DNA of 64,000 nucleotides from IMG/VR virus record IMGVR_UViG_3300021424_000003, positions 32,001 through 96,000 of that record; one strand, given 5' to 3'. The notes below the pieces were generated by a model. The model was not told where the DNA came from. It was given only the letters and a program-made list of their open reading frames with translations, and ran no database searches. This stretch comes from a virus. Below are positions 10,341 to 18,954 of this stretch, piece by piece. Positions within the stretch are counted from its first letter, which is position 1. The number at the start of each line of letters is the position of its first letter. A program made the position numbers and the translations under genes.

Positions 10341-10898
10341 TTATCTGTCGCTATTTGGTGGAGACTCAATTGCTATTCCGGAATCATCAGTTGTTCCAGG
10401 GGGTGCTTCAACTGGAACCCAGGCACGAGCGTAAGCGTGCTCTTTAATATTTCTAGACTTCAGAAGAGAGTTGTTAATCATGAGCGCATATTCCTCCCTT
10501 TTCATGCACAAAACTCTCTCCAGACTTGCTGCATCTTCTGATTTTGACATCACCAATTTTCTAATAATCTTTGACATTGGCTTGGCAACCAATGCTCCCC
10601 GTGAGCGATTGAAGCGTAGATGCATCAGCATGGCATCCAGCGAAGATACGTCGTGCTCTACCACTGGAATTTCGTCCCCAACCACATTTGAAATTCTGCT
10701 TACTTGTGTGGCCAGTAGGAATCTTTCTGAACCGTCAATTATTTCTCCGGTGGATTTACGAACCTGTATTGGTTGAGTAAATCCATAATCCATTAGAGAC
10801 GCAGACAGGGCCAGAAGGTCGGGCCGAAGAATATAGGTCGCCCTCCATTCTGGGACCACTAAATGGGAAGAATTTTTATAGATTATTTCAAGCTTCAT
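10341..10898 (-). CDS. ParB/Srx-like protein (IbrB-like)
   Basis: SLMDYGFTQPIQV..IIDGSER...HLRFNRSRG; translationally coupled to the PAPS-reductase-like gene. Confidence 0.75.
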   Translation of the reverse strand: MKLEIIYKNSSHLVVPEWRATYILRPDLLALSASLMDYGFTQPIQVRKSTGEIIDGSERFLLATQVSRISNVVGDEIPVVEHDVSSLDAMLMHLRFNRSRGALVAKPMSKIIRKLVMSKSEDAASLERVLCMKREEYALMINNSLLKSRNIKEHAYARAWVPVEAPPGTTDDSGIAIESPPNSDR

Positions 10899-12027
10899 GA
10901 GTCGTATCTATTCCTGCTTCTGTGATTCTTATTGAATCGGCTTTTGTTTTGGGCCCCACTGGAGTTGGTGAGTTTACGTCAATATCATTGAGTGCTAAAT
11001 TTCTAATAAGCCAACTAACGGGGTACCCATATGGGTCCTGCAAGTGTTTTTTTCTGAATCTTGAAACATATGCTTTTGCGTCTCTCTGGCGCCTTTCACC
11101 CATTAGATAGTCGTTGATGAACATGAGAGCCCCATCCCATCCATATGAAGAATATCTTGCTATCAATTTCTCAATATCAAATTCCGGCCACCACCGGCGT
11201 TGAGCGTCTATCTGAGGGAAGCACTCAAACAACCGGTCATAGAATTCCGGCTCTGTCGCAACAACATCCCCTATTCGTCTAATTGCTACGGAGTGAAGGG
11301 GAATGCCAACCCTGGTGTTGCTGCCGGTAAGTGCTGCAAGGTCGTAATACTCACAAAACTCTGCTCCGTGTTCCTCTGTTATAAATTTGAATACATCATT
11401 CGTGTTCCAGTCATAAATTATCTTTGCAAACTTCAAAGGGATTCCCGCCTTGAGTTTGTATGGAGTAACTATGTAGTTCTCGTGAAGTTTCTGAACAATA
11501 GACCTATAGCGAACCATTGATTCACTAGCACGAACTCCAGTAATAAAAGCGACATTGCCCCTCTTCCCTTGCATGGTGTAGTAATCGGTTTGTTCGGGCA
11601 ATGAGACATCATGAGTCAGACCGAAGTGCTCCCCAGTGATTGCCCACGGTGGGATATCCCTCACCAAGCGACCAATCTTTTTTCTGGCGTTACTCCATAA
11701 AAGTGTTGTCACCCTAGAACCAAGAACCCATATTTCTGCCGGATACGGAAGGCAATACCATTCCATATCCACCCAGTCATATTGACGTACACGCTCTGTG
11801 TATTCAATAACGGTTGGACTTACCATCTCTTCATCTCTGAAAATAACTTTTACTGGCCCAAGACAACGCTCTTCATGAACTTCTTTGGCAAGGTAGAGAA
11901 CCGCAGTGCTGTCCTTGCCTCCGGAAAATTGAATACAGACGGTGTCGAAGGTGTCGTAAACGTGTCTAATTCTTTGTCTTGCAGCCTCGACGCATGACAT
12001 GTCTAAAAACATTCTCTGCCTAGTCAT
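10888..12027 (-). CDS. PAPS-reductase-family PP-loop protein (IbrA-like)
   Basis: FSGGKDS PP-loop, FRDEE, WYCLP, TGVRASESMVR, IYDWNTNDVF. Confidence 0.85.
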   Translation of the reverse strand: MTRQRMFLDMSCVEAARQRIRHVYDTFDTVCIQFSGGKDSTAVLYLAKEVHEERCLGPVKVIFRDEEMVSPTVIEYTERVRQYDWVDMEWYCLPYPAEIWVLGSRVTTLLWSNARKKIGRLVRDIPPWAITGEHFGLTHDVSLPEQTDYYTMQGKRGNVAFITGVRASESMVRYRSIVQKLHENYIVTPYKLKAGIPLKFAKIIYDWNTNDVFKFITEEHGAEFCEYYDLAALTGSNTRVGIPLHSVAIRRIGDVVATEPEFYDRLFECFPQIDAQRRWWPEFDIEKLIARYSSYGWDGALMFINDYLMGERRQRDAKAYVSRFRKKHLQDPYGYPVSWLIRNLALNDIDVNSPTPVGPKTKADSIRITEAGIDTTHEA

Positions 12028-12197
12028 CAGTATTGCGCAATCTGTGAGAGTCTTTGAACCTCCGCCCTAAGCGAATCTATTTCAATAACAAGCCTGTCTC
12101 TTTCCCGTACGACCGCATCGTGATAATTGCTACATACGATAATTTTTTCCGGTTCGCAAAAGGCTAAACCACACAAACATTTATTCTGTTCGCTCAT
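12027..12197 (-). CDS. Small hypothetical protein (56 aa, Cys-rich N-terminus, coiled-coil C-terminus)
   Basis: Read by hand: MSEQNKCLCGLAFCE...SQIAQY*; fills the gap and has a TGATG overlap with the next gene. Confidence 0.6.
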   Translation of the reverse strand: MSEQNKCLCGLAFCEPEKIIVCSNYHDAVVRERDRLVIEIDSLRAEVQRLSQIAQY

Positions 12198-12998
12198 TTA
12201 GATTTCCGTATGCTGAGAGATGAAATCCAATAGTCGCTCTGCGGTAGTAGTCCCAACCACGACTGAATCGTTTCTTAGCCATCTAATGAACTCGTACCAC
12301 TTCGCCTGCTGGTCAGGACTATCAAAAACTATCGTGTACTGAACAACCGCCTGAGGCCTTTCCCCTTGAGCGGAAACAGTCGAACCCCTAACAGCAACAT
12401 CTGATTGATTGGCAGAAGGTGGTGCAATAATTCTGTTTTCTCCATTGGAATCTCTAGAGACCGTAAAAGATGGTTCCTGAACGTCGTCGTCTCCATCGGG
12501 TTCGATTCCTGGTTGAGAAACTAAAAAGGGGGGCACGTATTGGCCGGTTGCCGACAGCTCGCTACTGTTTCTTTCCATTTCCTGCTCATACTCAGCCATC
12601 TCAAACTCATCCCACCCAAGGCTCTCCATCAGCTCTGGGTAGTAGTCACTAACTTCTATGACTAATTCAAAAACTGCCTCACTGTCTGAATAACCCAATT
12701 CAACAGTTCTATTATCCGCGAGAGCGAAAGCTATTGCTCGGGAGTCGTCGCCCTCCAAGTAAACGACGGCAATTTTGTCCCATCCGAGCTCCTTTGCTGC
12801 TTCTATCTGGTGATTACCAGCGATAACAGTGGCTGTTCCGTCGTCGTTCTTTTTTGCAACGATTGGTTTTACTTGGCCAAACTCAGCATACGAAGCGACT
12901 ATTGCCGGGATGTCCCCGATACGAGGGTTCTTCGGCAACGGTACAAGTGTGTCTATGTCCACCGCCATGGAACGTAGGGATGGGTGTATTCCGTCCAT
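12198..12998 (-). CDS. ParB N-terminal domain protein
   Basis: LVPLPKNPR.GD...SYAEFGQVKPIV...VIAGNH...AA..LGW..IAVV...ALADNR. Confidence 0.85.
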   Translation of the reverse strand: MDGIHPSLRSMAVDIDTLVPLPKNPRIGDIPAIVASYAEFGQVKPIVAKKNDDGTATVIAGNHQIEAAKELGWDKIAVVYLEGDDSRAIAFALADNRTVELGYSDSEAVFELVIEVSDYYPELMESLGWDEFEMAEYEQEMERNSSELSATGQYVPPFLVSQPGIEPDGDDDVQEPSFTVSRDSNGENRIIAPPSANQSDVAVRGSTVSAQGERPQAVVQYTIVFDSPDQQAKWYEFIRWLRNDSVVVGTTTAERLLDFISQHTEI

Positions 12999-13297
12999 TA
13001 TTTATTTTCCCGACCAATAACTTCTCTGCACAAATCCTCAACCAGCTCATGAGTAAGGATTATGCTCCACGATGAGTATGGTTGTCTGCCGTTTTCGGCA
13101 ATCCATAGCCTTCTTTGGTCGCTGACGACAAGAAAATGCTCGATTGTTCTTGGTGAGGTTGACCATGGACATGGAGGGAGTTCCTCCTGATTAGTGTCAG
13201 GACTAAATACAGAATATTTTGTTGTGGTCGCAGTGGACGTTGAGGTTGAGTATTGAATCGGCGAATGCCTAATTTGTTTTCTTCTCCAGGGCCTCAT
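12998..13297 (-). CDS. Hypothetical protein
   Basis: 99-aa ORF tightly coupled to both neighbours. Confidence 0.5.
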   Translation of the reverse strand: MRPWRRKQIRHSPIQYSTSTSTATTTKYSVFSPDTNQEELPPCPWSTSPRTIEHFLVVSDQRRLWIAENGRQPYSSWSIILTHELVEDLCREVIGRENK

Positions 13298-13641
13298 GAT
13301 GTCTGAACCCTAACATTCGCATTGAGAGTTCTCAGCGCATCGATTGATGTTCGTAGTGAAAGTAGCTTTTCCCTCTTGGACTTAACGAGGGCTTCGGCAA
13401 TCTTGTGGTCGTAAGCAGCGTCATCCATTTTGTAGTCAGCCCAAGCTTCTCGCTCCTTTATGGAGCCTTTGGCCGATAGGTATTCTTTGGCCCAGTTTGC
13501 TTTATATAGGGCTTCCTTCTTTGCGGATTCTGTTGCCAGCACCTCAAAGGATTCTGTTTCTTCTTCGAGAATTTCCATGAGCCTCATAAGCTCGCCTTCA
13601 ATCTCGACCTGAGAAATAGGAGATGTCCTCGTGTTCCTCAA
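13294..13641 (-). CDS. Hypothetical coiled-coil protein
   Basis: 115 aa helical ORF with ATGA overlaps. Confidence 0.6.
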   Translation of the reverse strand: MRNTRTSPISQVEIEGELMRLMEILEEETESFEVLATESAKKEALYKANWAKEYLSAKGSIKEREAWADYKMDDAAYDHKIAEALVKSKREKLLSLRTSIDALRTLNANVRVQTS

Positions 13642-14171
13642 TGGTTTTCCTTTCTAATAAATTCATTCAGAGAAGACCAGTCAACCCTGTCAAGTGCAGA
13701 CATGTTGTTTGAGGGCCAATCATATTTTGATTTTCCGACCTTCGCAAGACCCATCTCTTCGAGAACCCACGCATCACACATGTCATCAGCGCCAGAACCA
13801 GACCAAACGATTCCAGTTTTTGCGGATATTGACGAGATAACTTCCCCCTTCCCCGCATTGCCTCTTCCGGTCGCAAACTTGGCCCTGCAGGTGGGGGGAA
13901 TTTCCACAAATCCTATGCCAGACTCCCAAAGCTTCATTCTTACGCATCCGCCCAATTCGCCAATGCTATGAGCCTGGCTATTTCTGGAGGCAAAAGAATA
14001 TCCTTCAATTAATACAAAACAGCTTTTTATGTTTATGCAGTAATTTAAAATTTGAGTAGAAATATGAAAAAGTCTTTCAGTTCCCCTCGATTTAGTGCTA
14101 ATTATCGACGGGGAGCCAAGGCTGCATATCCCGGTGGAGGTCAAAGAAAGGTCTACTCCGACAAAATTCAC
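13638..14171 (-). CDS. RuvC-like Holliday junction resolvase
   Basis: VGVDLSLTSTG, LIEGYS, ELGG, KFATG.GNA.K, DAWVL catalytic pattern. Confidence 0.85.
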   Translation of the reverse strand: MNFVGVDLSLTSTGICSLGSPSIISTKSRGTERLFHISTQILNYCINIKSCFVLIEGYSFASRNSQAHSIGELGGCVRMKLWESGIGFVEIPPTCRAKFATGRGNAGKGEVISSISAKTGIVWSGSGADDMCDAWVLEEMGLAKVGKSKYDWPSNNMSALDRVDWSSLNEFIRKENH

Positions 14172-14189
14172 GAATGAACCCTACTACAT

Positions 14190-14230
14190 GAACGAGCCCG
14201 CACCGATTAATGACTGGTGCGGGCCCGTTC
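14190..14230 (-). terminator. Strong hairpin, likely terminator
   Basis: 15-bp stem gaacgggcccgcacc/ggtgcgggctcgttc on the minus strand (one G-U pair). Confidence 0.5.
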
Positions 14231-14297
14231 ACCTATAGCGGCCCTAAGGTATAAAAAGCACGCAAATAATATTAAAGCATAAAAATAATCACTTGAT

Positions 14298-14339
14298 AAA
14301 AGCAAACGACCGCCAGTCCTGCAGAGACTGAACGGTCGT
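14298..14339 (-). terminator. Intrinsic terminator-like hairpin
   Basis: acgaccg...cggtcgt stem with inner cagtc/gactg, followed by ttgctttt on the minus strand. Confidence 0.55.
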
Positions 14340-14527
14340 AGGCAGCGAACGAGCTCGGGGTCTCAGGTGGCCGCCGCCTCCTTTGCCGTGGTAACTCCAC
14401 TAGACACTTGGACCACTCTCCCTTCTTTGCCGATTTATGCGGAATTCAGGTACCTGTTAGTAGATAATACCGCGACTAGGATTGGCTCGCCTATTAATAA
14501 TTGGGCGAATTTTCAAAACCTATTAAA

Positions 14528-14884
14528 TTAATTTTCCCAATTGTGCAAAGATAGGCCTAGTTCAAAGGCCAAACCCGGGTTCTCTCCGATTCTCCTGTGG
14601 CAGGGGCGACAGACACAAATGAGGTTTGACTCCTCCGTTATCGAACCGCCCTGAGAGCGACGCACAAGTTCGTGAACGTCTACCGATTGCCTTCTTGCGT
14701 AGGCGACCAGACCATCATGCTTCGCGAATATCGGGCACGCTTCACAATACGGTCTTTCGGACAGAAGTTTTTTTACAAGAGGTATTCTCTCGTTCTTGTA
14801 CTTGCTCGCCATTTTAGATGAGCGTCTTTTCAAGGGAGACCGCTTCATCGGTTTTGTCGAACGCCTTAGAGGCTTTCTTTTCAT
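14528..14884 (-). CDS. HNH endonuclease
   Basis: CEAC...DVHE..RRSQGGS...NL..VCRPCH; start placed at ATG 14884 (TAATG overlap). Confidence 0.85.
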   Translation of the reverse strand: MKRKPLRRSTKPMKRSPLKRRSSKMASKYKNERIPLVKKLLSERPYCEACPIFAKHDGLVAYARRQSVDVHELVRRSQGGSITEESNLICVCRPCHRRIGENPGLAFELGLSLHNWEN

Positions 14885-15393
14885 TAAATGGTGGAAGCGT
14901 CTATCGAGTCGAAAAGCCACTTATTTTCAAGGGTGGCCCATAACGCCCTGTCGATTGCTGTGTCCTCGAGGTCGTACTCACGAAGCATCGCCCTATGCTT
15001 AATGATTGCTCGACGTAGTGTGTCTGCTTCGCTTGGTGCGGAAGGCGATTCCATTCGCGTTCCCGTATCAATCATTTTTACAACTTGGTCAAGCTTTTTA
15101 TCCACATAGAACTTAAAGCGCGAAATCTTCTTTTTTCTTTCGGCATAAACCCTGGATGCTTCAGCCATAAGGACCTTGCCTTCCCTGCCGAGGTCTTCAA
15201 ATCTTTGTTTGTCGGCCTCTTCATCCAAGTCGATGTCTTCAATTTGCTCTCCGAGGTTTTCTAGGAGAGACAGAAGTGCTTCCTTCCACCTCAACCAATT
15301 CTCCTTTTCCAGGAGAAACTCTCGCTGCTCTCGTGAAATTTGGTTTTTCACGTCGTCAGCGACCATTTTTGCAAATCTGTAATCGTCAATCAT
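14884..15393 (-). CDS. Hypothetical helical protein
   Basis: ORF in a coupled operon; ATG at 15393. Confidence 0.6.
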   Translation of the reverse strand: MIDDYRFAKMVADDVKNQISREQREFLLEKENWLRWKEALLSLLENLGEQIEDIDLDEEADKQRFEDLGREGKVLMAEASRVYAERKKKISRFKFYVDKKLDQVVKMIDTGTRMESPSAPSEADTLRRAIIKHRAMLREYDLEDTAIDRALWATLENKWLFDSIDASTI

Positions 15394-15401
15394 CTTTTCT
15401 C

Positions 15402-16175
15402 TCAATTCCACGCTGGACAAATGCTTTTGTAACTACACCAGTTGCACAAAATGGATGTAACTGGCTCAAAGTTTCCCGAAGAACATCTGCTATCAATATC
15501 TGATTTCGCTTCTTGCACAATCTCAATCGTATTAATTTTATCGTCCTCTTCCGCTTTTCTTGCTATTTTGACTCCATCTTTTAGGTAGAGAAGTTCAAGT
15601 TCTTCGACACCGCCTGCGCCCATTCCCTCAAGAAGGCTTGCATAAATATACAGTTGGAAAAACTTTTCGTCCAAGTACTGAGGTTTTGGTGTTTTGCCGG
15701 TCTTATAGTCGCTAACGATTATCTGACCAGTTTTCTCGGACGTAGAATATCTATCTATAAAGCCCTTTATCACTACACCACCAATCAAACCATAAACTTC
15801 AAACTCAAGACCGTCTGGTTCAATTTTTTGTGGGTTCTCTATCTTCCATAGATTCTCTATGCACCACCATGCCTGCCATCTGAACATTTTTAGTTGTTCG
15901 GCATTGTGAATATAGGGAGAGACTTGCTGTTTCCACGACAAATCCCACATGTTTTTCGCAATGGTTTTTGCCACCCCTAGAGTTCTATCCTCCGGAGGAA
16001 GGCCGTAAAGATTTTCCAGAGCGTCGTGAACAAAGTTTCCCAACATCGCGGCCTCGCCGGGCTCTTCGGGAATTTGGTCAATCTTGCTGAACTTAAATTT
16101 AAGTGGGCATTGCCGAAATGTGCCTATAGAGGAAGCAGAAAGGTGTGGTGGTGGTGTTAGTGCAGAATCACTCAT
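15402..16175 (-). CDS. PD-(D/E)XK RecB/Cas4-like exonuclease with Fe-S cysteines
   Basis: HLSASSI..F.QCP..F, GFIDR, DYKTG, QL.IYA, CNWCSYKSIC. Confidence 0.88.
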   Translation of the reverse strand: MSDSALTPPPHLSASSIGTFRQCPLKFKFSKIDQIPEEPGEAAMLGNFVHDALENLYGLPPEDRTLGVAKTIAKNMWDLSWKQQVSPYIHNAEQLKMFRWQAWWCIENLWKIENPQKIEPDGLEFEVYGLIGGVVIKGFIDRYSTSEKTGQIIVSDYKTGKTPKPQYLDEKFFQLYIYASLLEGMGAGGVEELELLYLKDGVKIARKAEEDDKINTIEIVQEAKSDIDSRCSSGNFEPVTSILCNWCSYKSICPAWN

Positions 16176-16845
16176 CTGATGCGCTCGGGGAATCGAATTT
16201 GATTTTGATGATTTCAGCAATCAACTCATCGAGTTCCTCATGCGTGGCGCTGGTCTTTGTCGGCTTTGGTTTGCCACCACTGAAGCTTTCCCAGTGGGCA
16301 TTCAGCTTGTTTTTCTGTTCGGAATCTAGGCTCTTTGCAAGTCCCATGAAGTTTTCCCACTTCTGGATTCTCTCGCCTTCTTCTTGCGATACAGGAGAAG
16401 TTGAGGCAGCGATTACCTCCTCGACCTCCATCGCATCTTCGGAACGGGCTAGATAGAGGCCAACACCCATGGTCTGAGCGGCCTTCTTGAGGGCATCAGA
16501 AACAGCGCCCTTCATCTCGTCGCCAAGGTCAACGATGTCGCCCTGCCTGGTTCGCTTTATCTTCTGACCGCCGTAGCCGTCGCGGTGAACTGCACTTACC
16601 GAACCTGACGTATTCGCATGCCAGGTCAATCTGACATGGGCAACGATGTAGTCGGGGTCAATGGAATCACGTTGACAAGAAACAATTTCGAAAGACCATT
16701 GGTCAACGCCGAGAACTTTATTAAGTCTCGCAATCACTTCACTAACAGGAATATATGTAAGTGAAGCACCCCCCTTTTTCAATATGCGCTCCATTTCTGG
16801 GGGGAATGGCTCAGAGAGCATTTGCATGATGTTTGCGCTTGTCAT
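16168..16845 (-). CDS. Rad52/Rad22-family single-strand annealing protein (Sak-like)
   Basis: L.EPFP, LTYI...VIARLNKVLG...W, KGAVSDALKKAA..MGVGLYL; paired with the exonuclease. Confidence 0.88.
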   Translation of the reverse strand: MTSANIMQMLSEPFPPEMERILKKGGASLTYIPVSEVIARLNKVLGVDQWSFEIVSCQRDSIDPDYIVAHVRLTWHANTSGSVSAVHRDGYGGQKIKRTRQGDIVDLGDEMKGAVSDALKKAAQTMGVGLYLARSEDAMEVEEVIAASTSPVSQEEGERIQKWENFMGLAKSLDSEQKNKLNAHWESFSGGKPKPTKTSATHEELDELIAEIIKIKFDSPSASDE

Positions 16846-17339
16846 TGGTTATCTCCTTTTCTGACGATGATGCTTGTTTTAAGCTGCCCCGTCTCGCAGT
16901 ACATATCGGGATTGATTCCAATATTGTTGAGTTCTTTGACCCGCCAGTAGGAGGGTGCACAGTATGTAAAAATTTGCATTGCAATGTCTTCGGGGGAATT
17001 TAGAATTTCCCCCGTATCCATGTCAACCGACATTTGGGAAAGCCTGTCAACAACGGCACGAGCAAGGTCTTTGTGTTGCCATGCCTTACGCTCGTACGAA
17101 CTCTTCTTCTCAATGAGGGCGTTACCATCAAGTGTGACTACAGACTCCCCGGCCATCATCTCTCCAAACTTTGCCGAAAATGAGTCGTAGATAATGGAGA
17201 GGTCTCTCTTAATGAGGTTAAGAGCAAGCAGGGTATTCCCCACTTCGACAACATCTCCGGACGACTCCAGCAGTTTGGTGAGGTCGGAATCTAGGGATAA
17301 AATAAGTTCCTTGATTTCGTCAATCTTTTCCATAGACAA
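16842..17339 (-). CDS. Hypothetical protein
   Basis: 165-aa ORF coupled to the annealase gene. Confidence 0.6.
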   Translation of the reverse strand: MSMEKIDEIKELILSLDSDLTKLLESSGDVVEVGNTLLALNLIKRDLSIIYDSFSAKFGEMMAGESVVTLDGNALIEKKSSYERKAWQHKDLARAVVDRLSQMSVDMDTGEILNSPEDIAMQIFTYCAPSYWRVKELNNIGINPDMYCETGQLKTSIIVRKGDNQ

Positions 17340-17397
17340 CGTTTAGTAGCGCTTTCTTGTAGGTAGGTGGGTAGGTATTGCCGGCGATAATTCCGAC

Positions 17398-18726
17398 CTA
17401 GAGGACTATAGCAATCCTTCTTTTAGATGGCAACCCCAATTCGGCAAGATGTGTAAAAGCCCCCACGGCGGAGTCAACCTGGTCATCATGGTCACAGGCC
17501 TCCGGGAAAGAGGAAAGCTCGTCCATCCAGGCGGTAAGCCACGGCCCCCTGATAATTCTCACGTTCCCATTGGCGACGGCTGCGGCAAATGGCCTAGCCC
17601 TGGTTACCTTGTCCCCAGTGGCCCTAGCCCCCATAAAGTCATAGCCAGGAAGCACATATCTGGCATATTGGTCCAGGAGGGCCTTCCCGGAGGAGCCCGG
17701 CTCCTGTTCCATTCTAATTGGGACACTTGGGCCGTCCTCATAGGCGGTCTGGGCTATCAATTGCTCGACTTTTTCGCCCCTCAGGCGCCCCCGCTTGATG
17801 TCCAAAATATAGACAATTCCGTCGGAAAACATCATCAAAGTCCCAACCGTCCAGTCGGGGTCAGGGTTTGAGTGACTCGGCTCGGTGGCTGCAAGGTCCC
17901 AAAATCGCACAATTCTTGCATTTGGGTCATTTTTGGGCACATCCGCCATGTCTATAATTTCCACAGATTCCCGCTCAAAAAGGGTTCCAAGGGTGGTGCT
18001 CCACCAGTCTCCCTCCTCAAGTCTGCGCCTTTCGATGGGGTCAAGGGCGGAAAGTGCCTGACGGTAGGAAACGGCGTCAATTCCTGGGTTATCAGCAAGC
18101 TTGCTGGGTACAAATATTCTGCCATCCTCCATTCCCTCGACAATAAAACGCTGCCTAACCCAGTTGGGGGCAGGGTTTGAGGCGCACCTCATCCTAAGGG
18201 GCACCTGAGAAAGTGGTCCACTAGCAGGGCGACGAAGGCGGGAAAACATGTATCTATAGTCTGCTTCACGGATTTCCGTTACTTCGTCCATGCCTATGAA
18301 TTGGAATTCTGAACCCTTGTATCTCAGGTAGTCGTTTTGATTGTTTAGGTAACCAAAGGAAATTCTTGCCCCCGATGGAAACGTGCCAACAAAGCTGTTG
18401 TTATTCCAGTGGACACCGTCGTAAAGATTTATCCAGCTTTTAAATCTGTCCATTAGGGCGCCGGGGAGAGATAGGTCGGCAAATGTACGCCTAAATAATA
18501 TTGCAGAATAATTCGGTATGTCTACATATTGAAGTGCCGACATCAATAGCGCCGACGACTTACCGCCCCCGGCCGCCCCACCGAATAGTGCTTCGATAGC
18601 ATTGGTGCGGAGAAAAACCTTCTGCGTTGTTGAGGGGTCCTCGGGGCAGAAGGGGGGGACACGCGGCTGAAGATATTCGAGTATCTTGCTCCACTTTTCT
18701 TCCTCTGCACTGCTCATATCTACCAC
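17398..18726 (-). CDS. terL: Terminase large subunit
   Basis: Walker A GGAAGGGKS, Walker B IGMDE, ASNP motif, nuclease WDLA...DWTVG...HDDQVD. Confidence 0.95.
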   Translation of the reverse strand: MVDMSSAEEEKWSKILEYLQPRVPPFCPEDPSTTQKVFLRTNAIEALFGGAAGGGKSSALLMSALQYVDIPNYSAILFRRTFADLSLPGALMDRFKSWINLYDGVHWNNNSFVGTFPSGARISFGYLNNQNDYLRYKGSEFQFIGMDEVTEIREADYRYMFSRLRRPASGPLSQVPLRMRCASNPAPNWVRQRFIVEGMEDGRIFVPSKLADNPGIDAVSYRQALSALDPIERRRLEEGDWWSTTLGTLFERESVEIIDMADVPKNDPNARIVRFWDLAATEPSHSNPDPDWTVGTLMMFSDGIVYILDIKRGRLRGEKVEQLIAQTAYEDGPSVPIRMEQEPGSSGKALLDQYARYVLPGYDFMGARATGDKVTRARPFAAAVANGNVRIIRGPWLTAWMDELSSFPEACDHDDQVDSAVGAFTHLAELGLPSKRRIAIVL

Positions 18727-18769
18727 GCCTTAATACTGCAGGCCATCACAATAGGCTAGTGTATAGCAC

Positions 18770-18949
18770 ATGCCAAAACTTATAGAAAAAGTCCGGGCAA
18801 AGACGACTCGGGCATTGTTCGCTTATATTTTCATGCTTTCATTTATACTATTAACCAGTATTGGCGCTGCGTTAATATACCCTCCTGCCGGCTTACTGGT
18901 GGGAGGGACAACGTGTGGTCTTTTTGGCTACCTCCTAGGTCGTGAGTAG
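18770..18949 (+). CDS. Small membrane protein upstream of portal (59 aa)
   Basis: Read by hand: MPKLIEKVRAKTTRALFAYIFMLSFILLTSIGAALIYPPAGLLVGG...GRE*; two hydrophobic segments. Confidence 0.65.
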   Translation: MPKLIEKVRAKTTRALFAYIFMLSFILLTSIGAALIYPPAGLLVGGTTCGLFGYLLGRE

Positions 18950-18954
18950 GAAAT

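Noticed and set aside
15402-16175. Cas4 or CRISPR system
   Set aside because: No array or other cas genes seen. The nuclease is paired with a Rad52-like annealase, a standard phage recombination module.
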